A DNA stretch of 63,691 nucleotides, counting the filler, from Octopus bimaculoides (Eukaryota), in assembly GCF_001194135.2 (NCBI RefSeq). It is 9 parts of 9 records of this genome, joined end to end, with 100 filler letters (N's around TTAATTAATTAA, not from the genome) between each part and the next. Parts side by side here need not be neighbours in the genome. Positions count along the whole stretch, not along the records: positions 1 to 13,904 come from NC_068995.1; 8 more parts are not named here. One strand, given 5' to 3'. The notes beneath the pieces were generated by a model, which saw nothing but the letters and a program-made list of their open reading frames with translations, did no database searches and was not told where the DNA came from. The position numbers and the translations under genes are program-made. Of this stretch, positions 1 through 12,409 are shown piece by piece. How positions within the stretch are numbered: position 1 is the stretch's first letter; each line of letters starts with the position of its first letter.

Positions 1-31
<31 letters not shown>
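1..31. repeat. (AT)n microsatellite
   Basis: Direct dinucleotide run at the window start. Confidence 0.9.
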
Positions 32-33
<2 letters not shown>

Positions 34-762
34 TCTTGGTGAGAGGGTTAGAGAGAAAGTGTAGTTACAGTGAGGTAGAATTCAATATCCTAATTAATAT
101 TTCTTGTAAATTCCAATTCGATATTGATTACGTCCATTAATCATCAAAAGATAATCATTATGATTTGATGAAGCCAGGACGTAGGAGGTTCATTGGCAAG
201 AATTATTTCAATTAATCCAATGTTAGAAATCATTATTCAAAGAATATGGCACCAGTTCGGCGAGTTATGTAATGTTTAGGAGGTGGGGGGGATCTTACTC
301 AGATTGGAATTATGACTGAAACTGAAATATTGGAAGGTTTGCATTTAAATGTTACATGAAAGTGAGACCCAATGTCATAATGACTTTAAAGTTTAGCTGA
401 TAGCGATAAATGTATTGGGGAATGTGATACACTTGAGTGAACCGACTCTGGTGAAATGCTGGTAATTATTTTATCAACCACGGATGGGTGAAACACGAAG
501 CTCAACGGTGCAGGAACAGAATCGAACATTGAGTAAATATGCATAATAATAGAGATTCCGTGCTATGCTACGTGTAATGAGGCTGGATCTTTGAATTGCA
601 GTTAACATCCACCGAACAGGCTTCTTCACAGTTTCCGCCTTTATTTTCTTTTTAAATTTCATTTAGAAGAGAGCTGTATGGTTCCCTATTCCAGGGGGTT
701 AAAATCCAGCTCAAAGCCGCATTCAGGATGAGTGGATCTCCAACGTGATTGCTAAGAAACAG

Positions 763-779
763 TAATAATAATAATAATA

Positions 780-810
<31 letters not shown>

Positions 811-873
811 CCATGATGATGATGATGGTGATGATTATGATGAGGATGATGATAACGATGATGATGATGATAA
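763..873. repeat. Compound (AAT)n/(GAT)n microsatellite
   Basis: Direct; it explains the poly-N/poly-D ORF 749-1153. Confidence 0.9.
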
Positions 874-1307
874 TTTCTCATTTAGGCTCAAGTCCTGCAA
901 TTTTGAGTGCACGGCGTTAGTATTACTATCGATCCCTGTATTTGTGTTGTACAAGATTTTCTCGTTCCCCGGAATCATGCCAAGCAAACCTGACCTCAGT
1001 AAGACACAACGCCAAGAGGGAGAAGAAATGAGAAGCATCCTTCCTCTGTACCAACGATTCGGAATAATCCAGTTCTATATACGTCTGTCTATATCAATAG
1101 CTGCCATCATTGTACTTTTGAAATATAAATTTAGACATGGAAGCCAATTGTAACCGATCAGTAGTTCTCATTTTAGCATTCTCCTCCTATCCTGTGATTT
1201 GAAAATTTCATAATCGATCTGGTTTTCAAACATTGAAGGTTAATTCTAAGCTGATGATATTTCTTAAGATCGAAGTAGTTTTGTATAATTTGAATATTAT
1301 CGTGTTT

Positions 1308-1724
1308 AGGCGCAGGAGTGGATACATACGCGCAGGAGTGGTTCTGTTGTAAGAGGCTTGCTTCTCCACCACATGGTTTCAGTCCCACTGTGTTGCATCT
1401 TGGACAAGTGTCTTCTGTTATAGCCTCGGGTCGACCAAAGGCTTGTGAGTGGAATTGGCAGGGGGAAACTGAAAGAAGACCGTCATATATATATATATGT
1501 ATATATATGCATGTATGAGTTCGTTGTTTGTGTCTGCGTTTGTCCCCCCACCATCGCTTGACAACCGATGTTGGTATGTTTACGTCCCAGTCAATTAGCG
1601 CTTCGGCAAAGGATACCGATAGAATAAGAACAAGGCTCACACAGAATAAGTCTTGGGGTCGGTTTATTCGACTAAAGGTGGTGCTGAAGCATGGCCGTAT
1701 CCAAATGACTGAAACAAGTAAAGG
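1308..1724 (+). mobile_element. tRNA-derived composite SINE (family A), near full length and diverged
   Basis: Head aggcgcaggagtgg...ttggacaagtgtcttc...ggaaactgaaagaag, AT-rich linker, body ttgacaaccgatgttggt...gaataagt...ggggtcg, tail aaatgactgaaacaagtaaagg. Colinear with the copy at 52625-52984. Confidence 0.85.
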
Positions 1725-2872
1725 AATATGTTTGAGAGTAAATAAAAGCAAAATCAATACGTAATTACTAACCATATCTCCAAACATCTTTTTATGAATA
1801 TATCCTCTCATCTGTTCTGTCATCCTTCCTCAAAAACTGTTGCGCCAATCTCGAAGACAGCTTATGGAAGGAATTATTGTAAATGCTGTTTTGTCTTAGT
1901 TACATAATTTTTTGTTTCGCTGAATGATAAAAATCAACAACTGATATAAACCGTCAAGAGAAAAGAAAATATGAGTTCAGTTTTAGTAGTAAATATAATT
2001 AAGTTCTATTCAAGATGTGCGTTCGTGAGAAGAGTTGAAAGTGATGACTGTAAATGTAAATAGGCCGAAGGGAGTATCGAGTGAGTGTTTCAGTTATTTT
2101 TCTCACTTCTAAGTTAAAATTTTAATACAGTCATATGTAAACTTCTTTTCATATTTTACATATGAATTCTTATCTTATTTTTCCAGAAAGCTGGTTGATA
2201 ATTATTTACAAATTTAAACACTTTTTATTGAAGTTTTGAAATAATTCTTTTCGCTTCTTTTTCATAATACACAACGAAGTCATACAGAAAACTGTTCAAG
2301 TATTCTGCGGATTAATGCCATGTGATACTCGGGGTCATTTCTTTAGGTTGTTGCCTGTGTTGGAGTGGATGTAGGGTACGATACGTTGACCCTCAGAAGT
2401 TGAACGTACAATATACTGTCATTGATTTTGTTTTATGTCAATCTGAGTCCATGGGACCTAACCTTCATGTAACGCATTCTAGAGAGTTAAAGATAAAGTG
2501 AAAAAAAAGGAGATTTAATGTTACGTTCGTCGTGATTTGAACTTAGATTGCGAGGAATATTGCAATGTCTTCTTTTCAATGCTTTTTACTATTCAACAAA
2601 TTTGCTGCTCTCTCCAATTCTAAAGAATGTTAAAAATTGAATGGAAGAATGATAAAGTTTACTTCCGCGTGAATTATTCAAAATATTGATTTATTTCTAA
2701 AATGCACGAGAGTTTCTGGTTTTCTCAACATAATTAATGGGGAGTGGAGGAGTGCATGCCTTTCCTCCAGTTATTAACAATGAAAATAAAATTAAAGAGA
2801 AATGAAATACTGGAAATGGATTTATTTAAGTAGAACCTCTCAACAATATTTGTAACGTTTGCATTATCTTGC

Positions 2873-2946
<74 letters not shown>

Positions 2947-3735
2947 CATATATATGTATGTATGTGTATATACGTATGTATTGGCTAAGAATAATGTGGA
3001 TTCCGTGTAATTTTTCTTTCGTTTGTGATATACATCATGCAGTCGGTGTAGAAGAAATTTTATTTGGCATTAGACTTATGCAAAATTCCCTGATGCTCAA
3101 TAAAAGAGGATCAATAGCAGGAAATTTAATGTTCAGTTTTCACACGAAAGCTTTCATGAGGAAAATGCGGCCACGTTTTGTCAGAGAGGAATTATACATA
3201 TAATTTCCAAAATTCAGTTTTTCCTGTGAGGCTATTTTTATCAGCATATCTGGATGGCAATAAAGGACTGATAAAAAGAAAATATGTAGAAATGATAGAT
3301 TTTGGAAAGGAAAGAACTTAGAAAGGATAGACAGAGGGAGTTGTCAGAAAGGATTAACATAAGAAAGGATATTTGAAGTAACTCTTCACTTCCAGTTAAA
3401 TTTCCTGACAGAAATATGTGATTTACATAATCATATTTTTACTCAAATGATTACAACTTGTATAAATACTTTTGTATATCCATATATAAATATGTCTGTG
3501 TGTGTGGTGGTGGTGGTGGTGGTGGTGGTCGTGGTCGTGGTGGGGTTTTTTGTGTACAAAAGAAAATTCAAAATGAAACATGGACGCGATTAACGGAAAA
3601 AGATTGAATGAGAATGAAACGTGTGCACTTATGTATTATAAATATACGTTCATACATACATATGTATATAAATAAGTACCTGCATATATATGTGTGTATA
3701 TATACATATATATACACACACACACACATACATGA

Positions 3736-3768
<33 letters not shown>

Positions 3769-3771
3769 TAG

Positions 3772-3802
<31 letters not shown>

Positions 3803-3810
3803 GATAGATG

Positions 3811-3858
<48 letters not shown>

Positions 3859-4477
3859 CGTACGTATTTCGAGAGATCACTTAGAGGTTTTCTTTCTGGC
3901 GTTTTCTTATCAAACGGTATAGTAAATCATTCAGTTTTCAAGCTATTTGAAGCGCTGTTCTGTTGCCTTTGCCATCACCCGTCTATTACTTTTTCATTGA
4001 TGTCATTCATGAAGGTAGTGAGAAAAAAAAACATCAGAAAAATTCCAAAGCCGCTAAGGAACCTGTTGCTTTTGAGAGAATCCTGGTATTATTTTGCAAC
4101 TCTAAATCCAAGAGCAGTTCCTCTTGAAGTAATTGTATTAGATGTTGTAGAAGAAAGCTATATAATAGCAGCTATCGAACAATTCCTGTTTATTTCCAAG
4201 AACATTCTAACTACATGAAAAACACAAGTTCTATGCTTACAGATGTTGTAAGCGTTCCTGGAAACTTTATCAAATGTCTTCTTCATGGAAGAGGATGGAA
4301 CAAAATAGTTGTGGCAATGAGTCGTCGCAGATGAATTCTGTAATCTTTTCGTATGATACGTGAAGAATTTTACTGGATTAAAATCTACCAAACCTTCATG
4401 CTAACGTCAGTGACGGATTTCATGTTGGCCTACTTTAATGGTCAAACGTAGCTGCTGTAACCTAAAGTTTCTTTTCT

Positions 4478-4592
4478 ACTGTAGGCACAAGGCCCAAAAT
4501 TTTTGATGAGATCGACCCCGAAAGAAGGAGAGGCAGAATCGAACCTTCGATCTCGCATGCGAACCACTGACCACTTGGCCAAGCACCTGAGC
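4478..4592 (-). mobile_element. SINE fragments (family B tail plus a tRNA-like head)
   Basis: aggcacaaggcccaaaatttt...gatcgacccc matches the family B tail in reverse; the minus strand also has an A-box-like tggccaagtgg and a B-box-like ggttcgattct. Confidence 0.5.
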
Positions 4593-4889
4593 GTACACTA
4601 CTATATAAAACTAAAAGCTGACTTTATTTGATTACGTTCTCTGAGGTTTCCCTTTTGTGTATTGTCAACAGTATGGCATTTGAAAGGATTAGCAGAAATC
4701 GCCATAGCAAGACTGGTTTATGGGTTCCTCAACGTAACGGATGCATGTACGATTGAGAGAGGGAGAGCGAGAGGGAAGGAAAAAGAGTGAGACAAGGAAA
4801 GAGAAAGTAGAAGAGAGACAGAGAGAGAAAGTAGAAGAGAGACAGAGAGAGAAAGTAGGAGAGAGAAAGAAAGTATGAGAGAGAGGGAG

Positions 4890-4995
4890 TTGAATACTTG
4901 ACTAGCACTTCCATTATCGACCTTGCATGAGTGAAAGGCGAAGTCGCTTACTACAGGATTCGAGCTCAGTGCCCAGAGAACCATAACGAGTATTC
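4890..4995 (-). mobile_element. Family B (Meta/MESC-like) SINE fragment, diverged
   Basis: attatcgaccttgcatgagtgaaaggcgaagtcg...ggattcgagctcag is the reverse of the gagttcaaatt...gtcgactttgcctttcatcc...gtcgataa core. Confidence 0.55.
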
Positions 4996-5073
4996 TAAAA
5001 CATCATATCAGGCACACTAATGAGAGAAACTTCCATTATTAGATACAAATACATTTATTTTCTTTTGAACTAG

Positions 5074-5185
5074 TTCAATAACTATTAATGCGTACTTGTT
5101 CTTCAATAACTATTAATGCGTACTTGTTCTTCAATAACTATTAATGCGTACTTGTTCTTCAATAACTATTAATGTGTACTTGTTC
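5074..5185. repeat. 28-bp minisatellite, 4 copies
   Basis: Unit ttcaataactattaatgcgtacttgttc repeated four times with one substitution in the last copy. Confidence 0.95.
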
Positions 5186-5801
5186 TAGACGGAAACGATG
5201 AAATAAGTAACATTTAAGCACGAGGATCGATGTAATCAACTGAGACTCTTCCTTAAAAACTTCTGGCTTGAGTTAAAATTTGTTTTGATTTGAAGTAGAT
5301 TTACCTACTATTTTTAGCAGGTTCATTAACAGAGTAAGCCTCATCCAACAGAGTTCCAGCCATGGCCGCCACACCTTTGTTCATGCATTACATTTCAGAC
5401 GATATGTCATTTAAAACCCTGGAATCCGTGGCATTATGCATATTATTTAGCTACTATTTCGGCCTCTTTAAGTGACAAGGTATCAAATGAATGGTTGCTA
5501 ACCCAGCTCCTGAGATACTTCCGCAGTAAAGTCACCCTTGCTAAATTTAATATAACACACACATCAGTTGCTAGGTTACAAGTCACAGAATCACATCATA
5601 AATATCACTTCAAATTTGTGGTAATCCTATATCGACACTTGGCATTCCATAATTGAAACTAATATCCTTTTACCAGAAAACTTCAAAATACACTTCAACA
5701 AAATAGAATCCCTTATACACTTTTTTCTAAGAGCATAAAACTTGTTCTGCTACTAATGGTCTTTGAAGTGGATCAGACAACACGTGGAAAAACAAGAGGA
5801 A

Positions 5802-5849
5802 GGAGAAGAAGAAGAAGAAGAAGAAGAAGAAGAAGAAGAAGAAGAAGAA

Positions 5850-5880
<31 letters not shown>

Positions 5881-5893
5881 GTGATGATGATGG

Positions 5894-5935
<42 letters not shown>

Positions 5936-6240
5936 CGACGACGACGACGACGATGGCGAAGACAAAGAAGACGAAGGAGATAACGACGAAGACAGATAGA
6001 AAGAAAGAAACGAAGACGACAAAGAAAACAAAGGGGAAGATGAAGAAGAAAAGGACGAAGACGACGAAGACTAAAGAGTCCAAGAAGAAGTCGATGAAGA
6101 CGAAGATAAAAAGGAAGAAGAAGAAAACTAAGTAAGAGTAAATGAAGAGATGACGAAGTTGAAGAAGAAAGGGAGGTGGAGGAGGAGGAGATGAGGAAGG
6201 GGAGGTGATGAGGAGGAGGAGGAGGAGGAGGAGGAGGAGG
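5802..6240. repeat. Compound trinucleotide tract (GAA, GAT, GAC, GGA)
   Basis: Direct; source of the poly-E/D/M/S/F ORFs at 5727-6135. Confidence 0.9.
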
Positions 6241-6602
6241 AAGTGGCAGAGGATTGTGTGAGTAAATGTTGTGTCAGAAAGAAGCTAGACAGAAGCATAT
6301 AGAATCTGCAAATAATGACAACACTTGAGTAGGTATTCTAAGCAGCTACAAGAATTGGTAATAAATTATAGTCGACTGGATCTTAAGATTTAGAAGTATT
6401 AAAACTGTGTCGAAATATTAGATGTCGTCTATAAACGTATGTTTAAGAAGAAAGTGAAGAAGTGTTTGTGCCGTTGTTTATTAATAGACCAGACTAGATC
6501 GAACAGACCGTAGAGTTTCAGTCGCCTTCATTGCTTTGTCTTTTTACTGTCTTTAGAACTATGTTAACCAATGATTTTTACTTTTGTTGTTAGGAATGTG
6601 TA

Positions 6603-6792
6603 AGGCAACCAGCCTTCAGAATATACTTAGCCGTTTATCGTCTGTTTTTACGTTCCGAGTTCAAATTCTGCCGATGTCGACCTTGCCATTCATCCGGTCG
6701 GGAACGATGAAATAAGTAACATTTAAGCACGATGATCGATGTAATCAACTTTTTTTCTCCCTTAAAAACTGCTGGCTTGCGTTAAAATTTAG
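6603..6792 (+). mobile_element. Family B (Meta/MESC-like) tRNA-derived SINE
   Basis: B-box gagttcaaatt followed by gccgatgtcgaccttgccattcatcc...gatgaaataagt...gatcgatgtaatcaact...ctgctggcttg. Confidence 0.75.
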
Positions 6793-7197
6793 TACCGTTC
6801 CAAAGGATGTCTGATTTGAAGTAGATTTACCTGCTATTTCTAGCAGTTTCATTAACCATCTTGATCGGACACCATGAAAGGGCAGCTACATATCTGTCTC
6901 ATTCAAATCTAGCCGATGCCTAGTTGTAACATATGGTCTAATATTAACGAGATATTTGCGAAACCAATCAAAGACTGACAGGATTCTGCCGAAAACAGAT
7001 GTTGGCAATTCCAGTTGAAGCGGAATCTTGATTTGAAGAACACGTTTGATTATTCTGTTCCAAACCTGACGTTAACACTGAACCTGGTTAGAAAATGCTT
7101 TCTTAGTTCAATACTCGTTGCTGTTGATGGAATTTCAGTCGACTGCAAGTAATTCAGAAATTTTATATTGCAATATTCACACAACAGCAGAAGACAG

Positions 7198-7365
7198 AGA
7201 GCTGGCAGAATTGTTACCGTGCCAGGCAAAATGAGTTCAAATATTGCCCAGGTGGACTTTGCCTTCGTCATTTCGGGGTTGATAAAGTAAGCACTTGTTG
7301 AGCAACGAGGTCGATGTCATTGACGTACGCCACCCGAAAAAACTGCTGGCTTTGTGCAAAAGTTT
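7198..7365 (+). mobile_element. Family B SINE with internal deletion
   Basis: gagctggcagaattgtta head, gagttcaaat B-box, gactttgccttcgtcatttcggggttgataaagtaagcac core, ctgctggctttgtgcaaaagttt tail. Confidence 0.75.
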
Positions 7366-9531
7366 CATACTAATATTTGGCATCTAGTCCTTTCTGTTTT
7401 GTCAGCACCAGTGCGCTGACTAGAATATTTGTCCTTTGAGCCAAGATATAAAAATCTAAATAAGTAACATCCACGAATCATAACCTTCGGCAGTGGCAGC
7501 ACTGTTAAGTTGACAAGTGTTTCATTAATTTCCTGCGTCTTGACTCCTATCGTGAGGCTAAAGTAATCTGTGAGAAACCCCATTGTAATCTTGAAGAGTA
7601 AATGATACGTAAATGAACTGTTATCATCCAAAGTAGCCATCCCCGTCAAACCGAACATTGCTTGCGAAAAATCTGTTGGTAAATACTGCAAAGAACGAGA
7701 GAAAATGCACTGTAAATGTAGCATAGAATTATATTTGTTCAGAAGTGTTTGAAAAAAATCTATCGCATCGATAAGTATCTCTTCCATATGTGAATGTTGT
7801 TCTGAGATTTAATGGAATACATTTAACAATTGTGGGCAAAAGTATTGTTCCGCTGCACTACAGTTCGTTTTAAAAATACACCAAGCAGATCATGTAGAAA
7901 TTAGCTATTCGCTATTCTTTAAATACTATTGCAATGCTTATTTGCAAATGAAATATAGAGAAGCTTCTCAGCTCAGTCGTATTTGATTTGCCGAATGATG
8001 AGAAACTGGACGAGTTAGTTTTCAGTTAGCTTTTACTTGGAGTTGATTCTATTTAAACATCAACAGCAGCACGTCCTGCTGTATTGTAATTATATAAAGC
8101 TAGTTGTCTGACCGACTGAATTACAACCGTGTCAGACACACGAAGTTGATGTTTTTCTCTAAGCACGTATATTTTACGTAGATTCTTCGAACTGATTCCT
8201 GATTCTATGTGGCATGAAAAGAAATATTGTATTGGAACAAGGTTTCTTGTCAATATCTCTAACAGACGCTGATATGTGAAAGGTCAATTTCCAGACGCCA
8301 CCACCTAGGCAATGTTATTCGCTACGCCGCTGACAAATTAATGAAACGGCAGACATTACCAAATTAATGCCACTTCAGACGTTGACAGCCGAATGTCACT
8401 TTATTCTCGCTATACAACCATCACTACCACCACCACCGACATTATCACAACTACTCATTTTCTATGTTAATACTAATAATGCAATTCCAGACATTCGATA
8501 ATCATTGCAAGTTCACAAAATACAAGGTGAATAACACTAAATTCTGGTAGGTGTATAAAGGTATGTTCAGAGGCTGTCAAAGTCACGATGATATATATGG
8601 TTTAGGTGTGTGGGTGCATGTGTGTGACTATATATATATATATATATATATNNNNNNNNNNNNNNNNNNNNNNNNNNNNNNNNNNNNNNNNNNNNNNNNN
8701 NNNNNNNNNNNNNNNNNNNNNNNNNNNNNNNNNNNNNNNNNNNNNNNNNNNNNNNNNNNNNNNNNNNNNNNNNNNNNNNNNNNNNNNNNNNNNNNNNNNN
8801 NNNNNNNNNNNNNNNNNNNNNNNNNNNNNNNNNNNNNNNNNNNNNNNNNNNNNNNNNNNNNNNNNNNNNNNNNNNNNNNNNNNNNNNNNNNNNNNNNNNN
8901 NNNNNNNNNNNNNNNNNNNNNNNNNNNNNNNNNNNNNNNNNNNNNNNNNNNNNNNNNNNNNNNNNNNNNNNNNNNNNNNNNNNNNNNNNNNNNNNNNNNN
9001 NNNNNNNNNNNNNNNNNNNNNNNNNNNNNNNNNNNNNNNNNNNNNNNNNNNNNNNATATATATATATATAGGTATATGTTTGTATATATGTATGTACACA
9101 GTGTGCCAAATCAAGTGATCTCGATACACACACAAGATAATACGACTTCATAGTTCTGATCGAAATCAATACAAGACCAGACGTTTGGAAATCAACGCCC
9201 TTTCATAAGAACCGCTAATCAATACAAGGCCAGTGTTTTTCGTGACCGATACCACCTAATTCAATCGAATGTCTTTGACGCTTAATACCAATGCCATGTC
9301 CTCAATGTAATATAGATTCAAATAAATCTGTTGTTATTATTGTTTTTGGTAATGTTATTATTATTTTTTGTCTGTCTTTTAATCAAGCTTGAGATCCAGC
9401 TGACCAATCTTTTGTTCATCTTGCTAGATAGACTTGTCACCTAGTTTAGCAGCGCCACCTTCCGGCCACTGTGTACTTTAAGCTAAGACATCTGTATTGC
9501 AATCACAGAAGTTCTACATTGACCAAGAGCT

Positions 9532-9664
9532 TTCTTCTTCTTCTTCTTCTTCTTCTTCTTCTTCTTCTTCTTCTTCTTCTTCTTCTTCTTCTTCTTCTTC
9601 TTCTTCTTCTTCTTCTTCTTCTTCTTCTTCTTCTTCTTCTTCTTCCTCCTCCTCCTCCTCCTTC
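9532..9664. repeat. (CTT)n/(CCT)n microsatellite
   Basis: Direct. Confidence 0.95.
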
Positions 9665-10619
9665 ACCGTACAAACTGTACTCTCTACTCTGACTAAGCTA
9701 ATCTGACATTCCAACCATGTCTATCCTTTCATAATTTCAAACTATTACAACCAGTGGATTTTTTTGTCACAGAATGCGTGGTTTGACAGTGATGGGTCTG
9801 TTATTTCTAGCAAGACGCAAGTTTACGTAGAGGTTTTTCTCGTTTGATTTAATATAAATCTTTTGAAACACCAGATGAGAGGTGCAACCTATAATCAGGC
9901 TGATTTAATTAATGTCTCTGCAAATACCGTTCACCAGGAAACAGAAAACTTACTCAACTGTAATCTAATGACTCTGCCATTGAACAACATTGTAAATAGT
10001 AAGAAAATATTTCAGGATAATGATTGTATCTTGAATACAATAAGCTGCAACGGGCCTGGGTTCAGATGTTTTAGAAGTTTTTAGCAGTTTGGGTTTGCGG
10101 TCAAAGCATTTTTTTTTCATGGTCATAGCACTTGAGGTTCATGGCCAGAGCCCTTAAGTTTCACGGTCAGAGCACCATTCGGTCGAGGTGAGAACACTCA
10201 TGAGTCAAGATCAGAGCGTAATTATCTCCCAGTTAAACCAATATAAAACAATATAAGCATTTAAGTTGTTCATATTCCAGACAAATTGCAACCTATTTAC
10301 GTTACACAATTAACAAGTATTTATTGCTGAGAAAATACTTGCTGGAAAGATATGTAACATCGCAGACGTCGATATATAACAGGTGTGTCTCAAATATACA
10401 ATTTTCCACACTTTCTCAAATATAAAGTCATAACCTAATGATATTTACTTGTCTGCTGTTCCAGGATTGTGAATAATGAAAAAAGCATTCAAAGACAACC
10501 GCAGATGATATTCATTGGTGACTGTAATTACGGAATTTACAAATAGTCTCTTGGACAAGTGTTTAAACATAACTCAAGCTGCACAGACATAGCAGAAAAT
10601 AAAGTTAGACCTCAGGCTG

Positions 10620-10975
10620 TGTAGACCGATAATACAGTACAGACTACTAATAATGTAGAGACATAGATAACTTTGTACAGACATAGATAACTTTGTACAG
10701 ACATACTGCTAATCTAGGAGAGACCTAGCTAAAAACTACATACATAACTAATAGTCTAAAGACATACTTAATACTGTTCAAGCATCACTAATACAGTACA
10801 CACATAACTAACACTGCATATACATACATAACATAGTAAAGACATGGCTAATAATGTGCAGACGCAGCTAACACCATACACGCGTAGGTAACATTGTACA
10901 GACATAGCTAATATCGTACATATGTAGCTAACACTGTACAACAATAGCTAACGATATATAAGCATAGCTGATACA
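10620..10975. repeat. Degenerate ~20-bp minisatellite
   Basis: Consensus approximately gacatagctaacactgtaca; two adjacent identical copies (acagacatagataactttgt) near 10660-10700, the rest diverged. Confidence 0.75.
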
Positions 10976-11630
10976 GAGAGAAGAGTAGAACTAAACAAAA
11001 CGGTACTCTGCGTGTTCTATATTTGCAATAATATTCAGAAGAAGTTCTTGAAAGATATAACTGTTATCGATGTCTTCCAATTTAAGAATTCACCATAACT
11101 TATTTAAACTGGGTTCCTATAGACATTTGCTAACAGAGTAAAGCTGTAGCTAACTATGTATAGCATTCATAATACTGGAATTTACAACAGTTTCATGTGG
11201 TATTTCTATAGATATTTACTGAGGCAGTCTCGCTGTAGCGTAACATCATTTCTGTCTTCAAATTCTAGCATTTACAAGAATTTACAAAGACAAGGTCACA
11301 ACAGACATTAGATAACACTGTAGAATCATAGCTAACAATAACTGGCGTGTGTTTGCTGCTCTGAGGATAAATCACAGAATTACTTGGAATAATTTTATTG
11401 ATTTGCTGCAATCAATCTGTCGCCAAGTGAGAAAGGAAGGTAATACGGAAGAAATTTGGCGAGAAATAAAGTTTTATCGACATTTATAGTTTCAAATAAC
11501 TAAGCAATATGTTATGTAAGGGACAGATACACGAAACATTGCTTCAGCTAGAATGTGTGTGCGCGTGTCTGTCACAGTATAAACAATTAAATGTGTGTGG
11601 ATATACATACACACATATATGCATATATAT

Positions 11631-11662
<32 letters not shown>

Positions 11663-11874
11663 ATNNNNNNNNNNNNNNNNNNNNNNNNNNNNNNNNNNNN
11701 NNNNNNNNNNNNNNNNNNNNNNNNNNNNNNNNNNNNNNNNNNNNNNNNNNNNNNNNNNNNNNNNNNNNNNNNNNNNNNNNNNNNNNNNNNNNNNNNNNNN
11801 NNNNNNNNNNNNNNNNNNNNNNNNNNNNNNNNNNNNNNNNNNNNNNNNNNNNNNNNNNNNNNNNNNNNNNNNNN

Positions 11875-11936
<62 letters not shown>

Positions 11937-12409
11937 GTGTATATGTTTGGCAATTGACCTGATCTACGAGGAGGTGTTGAATCTGAGACAAGTACATCAA
12001 GGAACGACTACTTTAGGGAAAAAAAGCAAAACACTTCGACTGTTAGATTCAATTTTCGCTAATGGCTTTAATGATAATGTCTAGTATAAATCACCAATAT
12101 GTCTCATAGTACTTTTGTCAATAGGTCAATGAATCGATTCTACTAAAAGGCATGCAGTAGATTTGTGTCAACTACTTCCTCAGAAATGTGCGACGAAATT
12201 TTTTGGCAATTCGTAATACACAGTAGTATGAAACATACGAGAGATATTACAGACTTGGTAGGTTTTTACTCATTGAAATGCCAATTCGATAATTTAAGTA
12301 AAACGTATGCGCGAGGAATGCTTGTGTGCATATATACATATGCATCTAGGGATGGTGATACAAATAGGGAAAATAGAACTCAAAATACAAGTATGTGTAT
12401 ATATTAATC

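Noticed and set aside
3997-4391. Protein-like ORFs on both strands
   Set aside because: Several frames look equally plausible, all have stops, and there is no recognisable motif.
4530-4592. tRNA gene on the minus strand
   Set aside because: It has A/B boxes but no complete cloverleaf and adjoins SINE sequence.
5727-6135. Poly-E/D/M/S/F ORFs here and similar ones at 749, 9471, 25099, 51437, 57606 and 62172
   Set aside because: They are translations of microsatellites, with no domain or splice context.
8551-9169. Long ORFs spanning N runs (also 11492, 14947, 16489, 18449, 21755, 41120, 45767, 54632, 59353)
   Set aside because: They are open only because N codons contain no stops.
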